DNA of 64,000 nt, taken from contig NC_085845.1 of assembly GCF_035594765.1 (NCBI RefSeq), forward strand, positions 179,382,897 to 179,446,896, read 5' to 3'. The position numbers were made by a program, and so were the translations under genes. Under the pieces are notes generated by a model, which ran no database searches, was not told the origin of the DNA, and saw nothing but the letters and a program-made list of their open reading frames with translations. Below are positions 12,344 to 25,666 of this stretch, one piece after another; position 1 is the first letter of the stretch, and each line of letters begins with the position of its first letter. Origin of the DNA: Anolis carolinensis. Taxonomy: Eukaryota.

Positions 12344-12677
12344 GGTAAAAGTAAAGGTTTTCCTCTGACATTCAGTCCAGTCATGTCCGACTCTGGGGGT
12401 TGATGCTCATCTCAATTTCTAAGCTGAAGAGCCGGTGTTGTCCATAGACACCTCCAAGGTCATGTAGCTGGCATGACTGCATGGAGTGCCGTTACCTTCC
12501 TGCCGGAGTGGTACCTATTAATCTACTCATATTTGCATGTTTTCGAACTGCTAGGTTGGCAGAAGCAGGAACCAACAGTGGGAGCTCACTCCGCTCCCTG
12601 GATTCAAACCACCGACCTTTCGGTGAGCAAGTTCAGCCGCTCAGCAGTTTAATCTGCTGCACCACCAGGGGCTCCTA
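12344..12677 (-). mobile_element. Sauria SINE, near full length
   Basis: Reverse strand runs ggagcccctggtggtgcagc... to the (accttt)n tail. Confidence 0.88.
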
Positions 12678-13766
12678 CTGGAATCATACTGCATTGGAAA
12701 TCCTATCATTTCTGCCTATTGGCCATACTGACTGAATGAGGCTGATGGGAATCTGAAGTTCCCTGTTTCTTTTTAAAGAAACTGGCCATACCAATCTATG
12801 GTATCTCAGGACAAATAACACATGCAGTATGATCTTGATATTTTTAATCCTAATTTATATTAAACCACCGACCTTTTGGTGAGCAAGTTCAGCAGAATAA
12901 TTATCATGTGTGTGCAGATAAGGTTTAAACCTTCTTTCCATCAGGTTTTTAAATTTTCCCTTCTTATGGGAGTTAAACAGAGAAGAAAATCTTGGCATGA
13001 GTGGAATCTTTTCTTCTTCTTTTGACTCCTGTTCCTGTGTATTGTATGTTTAAATAAAAAACAGATGCAAGGACAGATGCCTTAAACCACTCACAGCCTG
13101 TGCTGGAGGAACAAACAATATTATAGTAAAGTAAAATGTTTTAACTGCACGCTAAAATAGCATGCACTTCATGGATGGAAAACTGTTGCAGTTTTGGGGG
13201 AGAATTTGCTTCCTTCATTGAGCTAGACCACAAAGATAGCCAGAAATGCCGTAGAGCAAACACCCAGAAGCGCATTTCTGGTTTTCAAAAATGACATTTT
13301 CAGTGCAAGGTCTGTCTACAATTTATTTTAAAAGTAACTTTCTGCTCTTGAGGCCTCTAAGGAAAGGCAATTAGGCCTGTTTGGGGCCAGAAAAACTGAT
13401 AGAGGGAGTCTGAGCAGTTGCATTTGGCCCCACCTTAAGTGGTGTAGTTTGAGTGTCCAAATGACACACTGAAATATTGACTTAAAGAATGGAGTATAAT
13501 GCAAATTATATTTGTTTGTTTAATTTATATGCTGCCTTTCTCTTGGAGCAGAACCCAAAGCAACTCACAAAAGTATAAGCTATACCCGACAATACAGTTT
13601 TAAAAACAGTTACGACCATGGCAAGTGGAGATTTCAGCCCTGGTCTCCAGAGTCATAGTACAATGCTCAAACCACTACACCATGTATATTTTGTGTGCTT
13701 CATTATGTACTTCTCTTTCTTCAGTTTCACCTTCAGCTGCAGATTGCAACCAAATGAAAGGATCAC

Positions 13767-16700
13767 ATGGCTCTGCTACGAAAAGGTAAGACATCCTCAA
13801 ATTTTGTTTCCTGAGAAATTAGGCCCCTTGTATCACTAGCAGTGTCAGTTGATGAACATGGCAAAATTAGATGATGCCATTGCATTTGCTACCAGGTTTT
13901 GTACAACAGCCTATTGGTCACTGTGTAAAAAAGATCTTGGAACAAAACAGACCTGCACCACTTGGCAGTAGGTAGGGGCCAAAATTAAAATAGGTTGAGA
14001 AAGTGAGAGAGCTGCATTTTTCTCTGAGCCCCTTGGAGCTCAGTTGGTTCCCATGCTCTTCTGCTGCCACAACAGAAAAGGAAGCCTCCTCTTCTGGAAA
14101 GCACTCGTTACATCTTTACTTTCTTTTATACCCTCTACACTTTTTGTAAGCCATCCAAAATCTTTTGGTGGGCTGCAAATGGCCTACGGGCCATATGTTA
14201 TGCAAGTCTGAAATAGCAGTGTGCATTTTGTTATATATGGAGAATTCTGTGCCCAGTTTGGAGGGTTGAGTTTGGGAATGTATGCATTTCTATCCACAGT
14301 GGTAGCAAAACTTAGCAGGTAGTCATTTCTGAAGAGTTATCCAATGAGAGATAGGAGAGTGCGTTGACACCAGGCCTGCACAACCTGCGTCCCTCCAGCT
14401 GTTTTGGTCTCCAACTCCCAGATGACATAGCCAGTTTGCCCAATGGCCAGGAATTCTGGGAGTTGGAGGCCAAAGCAGCTGGAAGGTTGCTCAGGTTGTT
14501 CAGACCTGATCTACGCTGTAGAATTATTAATACAAGTTTAGGTAGGTCAATGCTATGGAATCATAGGAATTATAATTTGGTGAAGTACCAGCAGCATTTG
14601 GCAGAGAAGACTAGAGATTTAATAGAACTACAGATCCCATGAATCTATAGCATTGAGCCATGGAAGTTAAAGTGATGCCAAATTATATTAATTCTACAGT
14701 GTAGATGCACCCTTGAGCTAGCTTTTAAGGCATAATTCAAAGACAGAGCCATGTTGATTTGGCATATCAGTATGAAAATAGATCTTGTAGCTCTTTAAGA
14801 CTAACTTAGAAAAAGAAGTTGGTAGCATGAGCCTATTTCTTCATATGCATGGAGTCAAATATCTGAGGTAAAGCATTTCTCAAGCAATTCTCACAAGGAA
14901 TAAAATAAAATAACAATGTCTTGCTTATGATGTTGAGATTAGTTGCCTGAAGTATTGTTCTCACTTTAATGTCAAGACTGACCTTAGTAAATATGCTCCA
15001 GATTTTACTATTAATTGCATGCAACATTGACTAATGGTTGGCCATTATTTCTCTTTTAGTTAATCAGATCCTACTGTTTCTTCTGATTTTGACTGTCTGT
15101 GTCATTCTGTATAACAAAGTTCACAAGATGTCATCTGCCATTCTGAGGAATGAAGCTGGTAGGCACCCATTGTTTGAAACTATTTTTATTTTCAAAAACA
15201 TGAAGTCTGAATGTTTTCTGTTTGTGATACAGATGTTGTAAATAGACCAGGGTTTCTTTTGCTTTTCATCTGAACTCTTTTCAACTCTTGGTGGAGGACC
15301 AAACTTCGAGCTCCAGGGTCTTAACTGAAGCTCTCACACACAAATTAAAATGCAATCTTTCTCCATGCAAACAAGTAAGAGCACTAGGGCATTATCAAGG
15401 ACTGAAAAAAATTAGTGTGTTTTACATATGGGCAAATTTATGGCAGATTAAAGTATTTATCTTTAAGGTTCCTTAAGACACTTTGTAGCTTTTGTTGTCC
15501 AGAATTTTTCAGAATCATACAGATATTTGTCTTGTTTCAGTGTTATGCTATTTTTTCTTCCTGCATGGAAATGTGTATGTATTTTGGTACACTTTCCCCC
15601 AATGTACAAAGTTTTGTACACATTGAGTTGCTGTGAGTTTTTCAGGCTATTTTGAGGTTTTTTTTGTATGCATTTTTCAAAGATATACAGCTTTTGTCAA
15701 GTGCATGGTATTAATTTCTAATTTTTTTTCCTGGAAATACATTGCATCCATTGGAAATATACAAACTCCCAAGGCAAGACACTCCTTGGCTTTCTGATAG
15801 TCTTACAGGCTGTAGAGCCAATATTTCCACATGAAATTCTGAAACCAAAACATTTATTTTCCATCCCTAATGACATTATCAGCAAATACAGCAACCAGGA
15901 GTAGATATGTAGACTGACAACACGTATCTGTACCTAGACGGTATGGTAGTGCTATATAAATGACCATGTTAATGATGATTATAACGATGATGATAGTGAT
16001 GGCAATGTCTGCCAAAGTCAGCATTGTCAGCACTACTGTCTTTTTTTGGAGGGTGAAACAACCGTCAATTGTGTAATAAAACAATATTACTGTTTCTTGT
16101 TCTTCCTCCCCCTTTCAGTTGATTTGGAGGGCACTGAAGATATGGAAGATGAAATTCCTGTGGTGATATGTGCTGCTGCCGGCAGAATGGGTGCAGCGAT
16201 AGCAGCAGTCAACAGCATTTATAGCAACACTGATTCTAATGTCTTGTTCTATGTAGTTGGGCTAAAGAATGGAATTCCACATATCAGGTAAAATAATGAG
16301 ATAGGATTATTTCAGTTGTGCATTTCTGTCCATTCTGCTCCTGAGATTCATTAACTAAAGGGCACCAATGATCTAATGGAAGCCATTATCCTGGTGGCAT
16401 GGCAGATACACTCTCGAAATAATGGTTCAGAAAATCTAGTAGAATAGCTAAAACTGGGCAGAGTTGTGGATAGGACATGAACAGTACTGTGAAGGAGATG
16501 AGAAGGGGCAGAAGGCAGACGGTCATGCTGAAATGATGTCCAGTAATCTGGAGAAAATGGGACTACAGTGTTCCCTTGCTACTTTGCATTTCGCTTTTTG
16601 CGCCCTCACTGTTTCACGGGTTTTTAATAAACACTAAAACAATATTATAAATCATAAAACTTATGATTTACAGTGGCGGTGGTCTCAGTCAGGTGTGGGC

Positions 16701-17646
16701 AGCAAGGCGGAGAAGGAGCCCAAACGGCAGCGGGAGGAGGAGGAGGCACCATATTCCCCTGCCTCTTTCTTCCCTTCCTTCCTTCCTTCCTCCCTCCCTC
16801 TTTCTACTTCCTTCCTAAGGAGAAGCCTAGCATCCCTACTTTGCGGATTTTCACTTATTGCAGGTGGTCCTGGAACATAACCCCAACGATAAGTGAGGGA
16901 ACACTGTACCATGTTATTCATGCAGTTTGCCTGTTAAGTGTCCTAATTCAGGGCTTCTTAAACTATTCCCACTTACAAACCCTTTCTGCCCAATTTTTTA
17001 TGTGATCCCAGGTATAGAAGTATATAAAATAGGTATAAAAATCAAACCTTTCCTGATAATAAATCAGCATTTGGAAGGTTAACTAAACAGGCTTATTTTC
17101 TTTTTTTGTGGAGTACAGCTGAAGCATTTTCAGCAGAGTCCACCATAAGCACTTCACGTTGTTGCTAGCAGATTTGTGTAATTGAGTAGTGTTCAGAAAC
17201 CTTTTACTGTTGTCAAATCGTCTGTGACCCCAACATTGAGCTGAGGGAACCCTATTTGGGGCCGGGATCCATAGTTTAAGAAGCAGTGTCCTATGTAACA
17301 TAATGCAAAATAACACCTTAACCTGGCAGTTCTACACTAACTGCCATGCCTGCATCCTATGACATCCTCATTTAGAGAGGGATGACAACTCTTTGGCAGA
17401 GAATTTTCAATAACTTCCCCGAAACTGCAAATCCCAGAATTCCAAAGGATATAACCATAATGGTGGGACCATAACACAGCAATTCTGTAGTGTGAAAGAG
17501 CTCTTAGTGAGCAAACTGAAGGAGAGGCAGGAAAACTACATCATTGGGACAGCTTGAATTCCATGTAAATCATATATTAAGAAATATAAGAAAGCACATT
17601 AGTTTGAAGTGTAGTGTTTAGAAAGACTTACAAATTGTACAAAGCA

Positions 17647-17688
<42 letters not shown>

Positions 17689-20600
17689 TACTACTACTAC
17701 TACTACTATTACTGCTACTATGCTTTATTTCCTGTTTTGTGGAATATGCTGCCTTGGAGTAGGGTGGAGTCTCCTTCTCTAAAGGTTTTTATGCAGAGGA
17801 TAGATTGCCATCTGCCAGAGATGCTTTGATTTTGTATTCTTGCATGGCCAAAGTGGGTTGGACTGGATGACCCTTGTGGTCCCTTCCAACTCTAAGACTC
17901 TATGATTACAAAGTGCATGGACTGGAGGATCAGGAATGAGGAAAAGAAGTAACACAGCACTACACTAATTAGACAGGTTTTTCTCAAATATGTGCTTTTT
18001 TATTTGTTTCAGAAAATGGATTGAAAACTCAGCACTAAAAGATATAAAGTTTAAAATTGTAGAATTTAATCCCATGGTTTTAAAGGGGAAAATCAGACCA
18101 GATGCAGCTCGTCCTGAATTACTTCAGCCTGTAAGTTAAGCAACTCTTCAGAACAGAGAATCTAAAATATAACCACAGGGCCAAGGGAAATACATTAACA
18201 TAATAGCTGTTGCGTATTTTTGATAAAATGCAATCTGTAGATATTTCTAATCTGTTAAAATGTGGATGAGCTGAGGCGGTCAAACAAAAGAAAGACTATG
18301 GGTCCAAAGTAGTTGGGACTACAAGAATTTACATCTCCCAGTGCTGTTTGATTTCCCTTCCCTCCCAGACTGGATATTTTATTGTTTGAATGATTACCAC
18401 TTCGAACTGTATATTATCACAATACGTTTCTGCTTAGTTGACATGTTTGTATTTAAATCCAACAGCTAAACTTTGTCCGGTTTTACCTCCCTCTACTTAT
18501 CCATGAACATGAAAAAGTGATCTATCTCGATGATGACGTCATTGTACAAGGTAATCTCTCTCCAGGCAGTATGAAAAAAACTTGATGCTTTCATTTTATT
18601 ATTACTAAATGTTGATTTATTTTGTAATACTTTAGTCAGCTGAATGTCAGAATTTGAAAGCAGAGATAGCAGTCATGCATTGGAAGTTCTCAAGATTGGC
18701 AGGTCGTTGCATCAGTAGATGGACATGTAGAGAAAGCTAAGGGTAATATATACAGATCGATTAGGCTTTTGAAATCAATGTATATTTTATAGGTGACATC
18801 CAAGACCTGTTTGATACAAAATTAGCCCGTGGTCATGCTGCAGCTTTTTCAGATGACTGTGACTTGCCTTCAACTCACGAAATGGTTAGAAGTGTAGGAA
18901 TGCAGGTACGAAATCCTTACAAAACCAAACATTCCGGCTGGGTTTTTTTTTAGCTCGTTCTTTTATGGTTCACTATCTGCATAGTAATCTTGAAGAGCAT
19001 ATGTGGTATGGGATCAAGTGCTAAAATGGTTTTCAGGGGCTCCGCTGGCATAGGGGAAATTGTTTTGAAACATAGGCCTCAAGGATCTGCTCTGGTAGAG
19101 GGCTAGAAAAGGTGTCCCTGTTGTTTGTTTACTGAATATATAATATAGACAAAAATATACAAAAAGTAGTTCAAATATAACTAGGCTCTTGAAGGACGAA
19201 CAATTTAAAATATTTCAATTATGGTATATATCTCCAAACTTCAATCTAAAGCAAAACTATCATAGGGTTTCTTGGCAAGATCTGTTCAGGGAGTCTTTAC
19301 TATTCCCTTCCCTTGAGGTCACCCAGTACATTCTATGGCTAAAGAGCAATTTTGAATAATGCTCTTTTGGACTCCTAGTCCAACATTGAAACCATTACAA
19401 TCATATCTAAAAAGGCTGTTGAAATAAAGAGTTCACACTATCAATGGAATAAGCCAGTCTAATTTCTCCTGTCGTGAAGATGTTTCCCCATCAGCCCGTC
19501 AGATATTATATGGACATGGTTGGTCAGCAAGATGAGCCTCTCTGTGTATCTCAGATTGGCATGGGATATATTCCTTCATATGGCCTGGACCTAAGCGGTG
19601 TAAGACTTTATTTAAGTTATGATTACTCTTTTGAATTGCCCGGAAAGAGTGATAGTAATCACTTGAGTAATCACGAATAAAAAAGTCCCTGGAAGTAGCC
19701 TTCTTCATTTGTCTGGTTGCTCTTTCCAAGGGAGTTTGCTCAATGGTAACTTTCCCACTATTGGCTAGCCAGTGGTTCTCAACCTGTGGTCCCCAGATGT
19801 TTTGGCCTTCAATTCCCAGAAATCCTAACAGCTGCTAAACTGGCTGGGATTTCTGGGAGTTGTAGGTCAAAACATCTGGCAACCCACAGGTTGAGAAACA
19901 CTCGGCTAGACCTAATGGGAATTGTAGTCCAACATCATCTGAACTTTGCCTGCTCCTTTTATATATCAGCCTCAGGATATTTGTGCTGTTATACTCAGAA
20001 GATCCTCAAGATCCAATATACACGCACCCATGAAATAGGGTTATTGTGTCAGGCTTATTATATTATAGTCTTATTGTCAGGATTTAATAAAGCAGGCAGT
20101 TTTATATGGCACAGCCTTAATGTCTTTTTATTACTTGTGCTAGGAAACTAGGGCTTGAATGTTGGATTAGGACATTGGGTGACCAGGGTTTGAATTCCGG
20201 CTTTGTCATGGAAATCTATTTTGGACAAGTCACTTTCTTCCCATCTCAGAAGGAGGGAACACAAGCTCCCATTGAACAGATCTTTCCAAGAAAATGTTGT
20301 GGTAGTTTTGCCTTAGAAGTCACATAAGGAAAGACACTTGTGAATCACGTGTCCATGCATTCTTGTCAACTATTTCCTCTCCCAATGTGAGAGAACAAAG
20401 CATATGAATAAATATCGTTAAGTTAAATATTGCTAAATAAACTTTGAGACTTTTATTAATTTATAGTAATCACAATTTTCTTTCCCCTAGAATACATATA
20501 TGGGATTTTTGGACTATCGAAAACAAACAATTCGAGATCTTGGCGTAAGCCCCAGCACCTGTTCCTTTAATCCTGGTGTTATTGTTGCCAATATGACAGA

Positions 20601-22146
20601 ATGGAAGCACCAGCGAATCACAAAGCAGTTAGAAAAATGGATGCAGAAAAATGTAGAGTATGTATGGTTCCATTTTGTAGTATACTTTCAAATGTAGTGT
20701 TCCATTTTGTAGTACCTTCAACTGACGATATGGTTGAATGTGTCACATTTTTGTTTGCTGAGCTTGCCAATTATATACTTCTTAGAGAAATATCTACATT
20801 ATAAATACCATTTTAGCATACACTGAGGATTTGATCAAATGACTGAGTGAGATTAATGTGACAGTAATGTTTTACTCATTAGATTTTCAAATGAAGCCTG
20901 GCTAGTTTCTGATAATACATTCCTTTTTATAAAGTCTAACAGAAATCCCCCAGTTTGAATCATAAAGGTTAAGAGTAGTATGCAGTATATAAAACAAACT
21001 AGAAGCTCCCTTGGCTTAATTAGAAAAGTGTGCTTGGGCAGGCATCAAAATTCTAAATGTTGTTTTCATTTTAATTGAATTGGGCTGGTTCTTGCTATTT
21101 ATTGCTTCTTCACACTAAGTTATTGAAAGAGCAAAATACAACTTCAGAACATTTTAAGAATTAAAAATTTCTCTCTCCACCCCGCCCCCCCCCAAGAGAA
21201 AACCTATACAGCAGCACCCTTGCAGGAGGTGTTGCAACTTCACCAATGCTCATTGTATTCCGTGGAAAATATTCACCAATTAATCCCTTATGGCATATTC
21301 GGCATTTAGGTAAGTTTTTGATTCTGAACTTGTATATATTAACTGAAAATGGACAATTTTCAAGTTACTCCTTAGTTATTGCTGTTATTTTTTTGTTACT
21401 GTACCCTGCAATGTGGCAGATTGTAATATACAGCATATAATTTAATCTACATGTGACTAAAATCACATTGTTTTTATTGAAGTATACATGTGCAAGAAAT
21501 CAGAAAACTAGCCAAGTACTCTGACTGGGACTAAATAATCTTATGCTAAGACAAAGCATACTACAAAATTCTTATTTGAGTCATCAACTGGGCCTTCCTT
21601 TAAGAGCAGGGAGGAAAGCAGCTTTGCATCTTGCTTTGGTGTTGTGTTGATTTCAAACATTTCATCCACTCTCCAAAATTCGGTTTAAGTATCAGTGGGA
21701 CAAGATCATTGCAACTTATTTCCCATTAATTTAATTGTTTGGAATTTAACTCAATTTGATTTCCTCTGGATTGTGGCTTTGATCTCAAATCTATAAAAAT
21801 ATATATCTCACTTCAGAGCTGACATACAGATTGTGCTGTACAATTCAGAGGCAGAGTTAATCATGTATTTAAACTGGATGGTATCTGTGCTGCCTTTTAT
21901 TTTATCTGTGAAGAAGGATCAGTTTTCCTACAAATCTTCTCTAAAAGCAGCTTTTCTTTTTGAACTGATGTAGGCTGGAGTCCTGATGCCAGGTACTCAG
22001 AACATTTTCTTCATGATGCCAAGTTACTGCACTGGAATGGAAGATACAAGCCTTGGGATTACCCTAGTGTTCACACTGACCTATGGGAAAAGTGGTTTGT
22101 TCCTGACCCTTCAGGGACGTTTAAACTGATTCGTCCCAACAGCTGA
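13767..22146 (+). CDS. GLT8D2: Glycosyltransferase 8 domain-containing protein 2 (351 aa, 9 coding exons)
   Basis: Exons 13767-13785, 15060-15158, 16119-16287, 18013-18130, 18466-18550, 18793-18905, 20491-20657, 21197-21309, 21974-22146 sum to 1056 nt in frame. Protein reads MALLRKVNQILLFLL (signal anchor), IPVVICAAAGRMG, VIYLDDD (DxD motif) and LLHWNGRYKPW. Confidence 0.96.
16566..16906. mobile_element. Mariner-type MITE (related copy at 24261-24609)
   Basis: TA|cagtgttccct...agggaacactg|TA terminal inverted repeats. Confidence 0.8.
17646..17713. repeat. (TAT)n/(TAC)n microsatellite
   Basis: Directly visible; source of the poly-Tyr ORF. Confidence 0.95.
19770..19903. mobile_element. Short hAT-type MITE (similar copies at 51077-51210 and 52982-53121)
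   Basis: cagtggttctcaacctgtgg ... ccacaggttgagaa(a/c)cact inverted ends. Confidence 0.75.
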
Positions 22147-22469
22147 TGGCGTTGACATGTTGAAGACACAAGATTAGTCCCAAGTACATAACAATGTAAA
22201 TATTTTGTGATGTGGTTTATCACCTTTGTTGTGCATACGACTAGTTTATGAGATCAACACACTTTTTCAAATGTGTCAAAATGAAGGGAAGAGTACAAGC
22301 AATCACTGATGAGGTATGCACAATTCAGAGAAACTTTGGTTTCAAGTCTTACAAGTCAGACTACAAAGTTTTGAGAAACTTTTTTTTTAAAAAAAAACAC
22401 AAATTGCTATTTTATGTCATATTCTGTAAATAATAGTTGCTTATTGAGGAGCCATTTATAAAAGTCCAG

Positions 22470-22530
22470 AATAAAATCTTACTGTGACTGATATTAAACA
22501 GAAAATAAATTAAACATCAATTCTTTTATT
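22470..22530. terminator. Convergent polyadenylation signals of GLT8D2 (+) and probably TDG (-)
   Basis: AATAAA at 22470-22475 and 22504-22509 on +; TTTATT at 22525-22530 (AATAAA on -). Confidence 0.5.
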
Positions 22531-25500
22531 CATTTCAAATAATTTATCACTGTTTCTTTTCAAAGCAAATAGCAATTCAGCATCAAGACAATGTCACAAT
22601 TAAGCACCAGTAATTCATGTTAAGACTTTTTTTGCAAGAAACTGACAGACCAAAATTATTAAGTACAGTTTCAGAGCACCATATTTGAGATGTGTATTCA
22701 CATTTCATTAATCCATTGTGCACTTTATTTCTCAGCAATTTAATGATGCCTCTTTCAAAACAAGATGTTCCCTTTTATATAGTTATTACTGAGCTATCTA
22801 TCTGGAATAATATAGGTCTGTTAAAAATAAAAATTGTTCCAGATCCCTGATGCAAGGCACTTCAAGCACTTGCTAAAAAGTGTCCATGTAAACAGCGATA
22901 CATAAAAGATAAACTAAGGCTGTGATCCTAGACATACTCACTAGTAAGTTCGATCCCACTGAAAAAGGATCTTGTTTCCGAGTAAATATGGAAAGGATTA
23001 TTCTGCCAATGAATCATTTAGTCTGTTGACAAGATAAGGAACTTTTTCCCCCAGGGAGTAACCAACATGATTGTAGAATATACACCTGAATCTTAATTTA
23101 AAAAATAAAACCAAAACACTGTATTTTAGGATTAAGGTACATGATTTTGGTGGAAGTCCACAGACATGCCTACATTTTAAGCATCACCAAGTCAAAACAT
23201 AGTGAAAATGTTCCAAAGTGGCTAATAGGCCATTGAATTATTTTACTTTCCAACCGATCCACTTAGCTACTTACTCCTAATACCACTCTGTATGTGGCAT
23301 AGTTATATAGTGATCGAAACCATGTATACATTATGTAAACACAGTTCTTGCACATCATTCAAGTATCCAGAGCACTTGACTGACAGTTTATCAAAATCTG
23401 CTTAATTCTCTTATTGCTTGTTCTTTTAAGTCATATCTTAACCTTTTTGAGGATTGAGGGGGATAAAAGAATACAAGGACAAGTGTCTTCAATCCCAATA
23501 GACCTAAAGAAAGTAGGCATGATCCACTTACATTATAAGTTCAGCACCAGCTTGCAGTTTTCTAGTTAAACTTAACTTCACTTAGGTATGCAAACTGTGT
23601 ACTTGTATACCAGGGCCTCCTCTTTAATTCATATGTAACATTTTTTCAACAACCTTAACCTATAAGTCATACGGAAAGGGTATGATGCAGCACAGGGAGT
23701 TCCCATTCCCTCAATGTGCCATTATGTTGCCTATAAGAAGGGAAAGGTAAAATAAGCACTACTGCACATGCAATGAAAGTGAACCATGCCCTGAACCTTA
23801 GTAAAATGTTTTGTAAATGGTTAGATACTCCCCAGAGCATGCTTGTGGCTTCCTAAGACTTGAACAGCTTGCTAGCACTACTAACAGTGTGGTCAGTAAG
23901 ATACAGAGTGCTACATTTCCAACAAAGGAAAAGTACTGAATTCTGGAAAGTTTTGCTTCCTTATAAAGATGACTTTCTATCTGAGTGGAGTTGAATTATT
24001 AAATTCTTCCATTTCTAGAGCAGTCCTACATGTTATTCATTCTAAAGGTGGGAAAGAATGAGTGCAATAGATATGACACAGGATTTCCCACTGTCTTCCT
24101 GAGATAGAGAAAACAAGGGCACAGTTATCAGACATTTCCCTGAAAATGTGTATGTATGTGTACTCTAATCTTCTGAACAATAAAGACTGGTCCACACGTC
24201 CTACTCATTGTGTTAAAATCAAACCAAAGTGTTGTCCCAGATATTACACTGAAGATAGTACAGTGTTCCCTCGCTACTTCGTGGTTTGCTTTTTGCGTAT
24301 TCGCTGTTTTGCGGTTTTAATAAACACTAAAATAGTATAAATCATAAAATAATATTATAAATTCCTCTTTCTACTTCCTTCCTAAAGAGAAGGAAGGAAG
24401 GACAAGCTGAAGGGAGAGAAAAGGAGGCTGAAGCAGCTTTGTTTTCGCCTCAAGCGCATATGCGCGTGCTTGAGAGGCGAGGAGGGGAGAGAGACGCTAC
24501 TTGCCAGTGAGATTGTAAACAACACAAATATAGTGTCCCTACTTCACGGATTTTCACTTATCGCGGGTGGTCCTTGAACGTAAACCCCATGATAAGTGAT
24601 GGAACACTCTACTGTCTTTTTCCCACAAGCAATACCTTCTTAAGGCTGAGCCAAAAAGTGGGGAAAGGAGAAATAAGATGTTTTTTATGAAAACCTCTGT
24701 TCGAATTTAAAGATCATTGCCTAAGACAAAGGAAGACCACAATTATCCATCTCTGCTTCAATAAACCATGTTATCTGATATGGGAAGGACTGTCCTTATT
24801 CTAGTTAGGAGTCAACTGCTCACAATGTGTCAGCAAACAGAGCACGGCATTATGTCAAATACTTGGATGATGTTCTGAGAATATATGGAGTGTTGATAAA
24901 CAAGAAAAGAAAATGACAGCTGAGGTAGCAGCAAGCAGCCAAGATAAAGGTAGAATGAAGGTGTTTGACTCTAGCAAAGGTAGGTACAAATCATGTGCTT
25001 CAGCCCTAATGTTTTTCAGTTAGAAAGCTCACATATTAAATTGGTGGAAGCAAATGATGTAAGTAACCACATGCATGCTCCAGGACTGATTTAAGAAATG
25101 GAGTTCCTTAAAAACAAAAACAAAGAAAAAATGCCTGGTGTTGCTTCTGCGACAAAGAAGCTCTTTATAAAGTAGGTCTGAATATCTATTATTGTGTAAC
25201 AGATGTGGTGGACAACTGCATGTTGTGTCAATGTCCAGTAACAATATTAAATCTAAAAGCCTCTTCCCACCTTCTCAGATGTACTAAACTACATATGAAA
25301 TATCCCAACATATGAAGGGACTGGTTAAAAATATGTCCACCTATTACTTACAAAATACAAGTTTAAAATAAGAAATGGGTCGTCACAAATGATTCAGTTT
25401 TCTAAAACTGCAACTATGGAACAATTTAAATATAAAAGTTTCATAGAAAAAGAAAAGGGATTTTTTTTTATCTTAAAAAAAACTTGGGACATTTCTTTAA

Positions 25501-25666
25501 AGTGACATAATTCATATGCCTAAATCTACCAACACAAATGGTTAGCATAAGAAAATTAAGAGGTAAAATGCTATCAAAATGCTTCAGTTGGGGGAACTGA
25601 GGTACCGTTCTTGACAAATGTGTTTAAAACCCTGCAGCACTTAGGCCTGACTTTTACAGGCAGACT

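Noticed and set aside
12481-12735. Recurrent ORFs of type RYLPAGAVPIDLL and [14 protein letters not shown]
   Set aside because: Incidental translations of Sauria SINE and Penelope pLTR copies.
17614-17829. Poly-Tyr, poly-Asn and poly-Leu ORFs (also at 30515, 32596, 36905, 36973)
   Set aside because: Translations of (TAT/AAT)n microsatellites.
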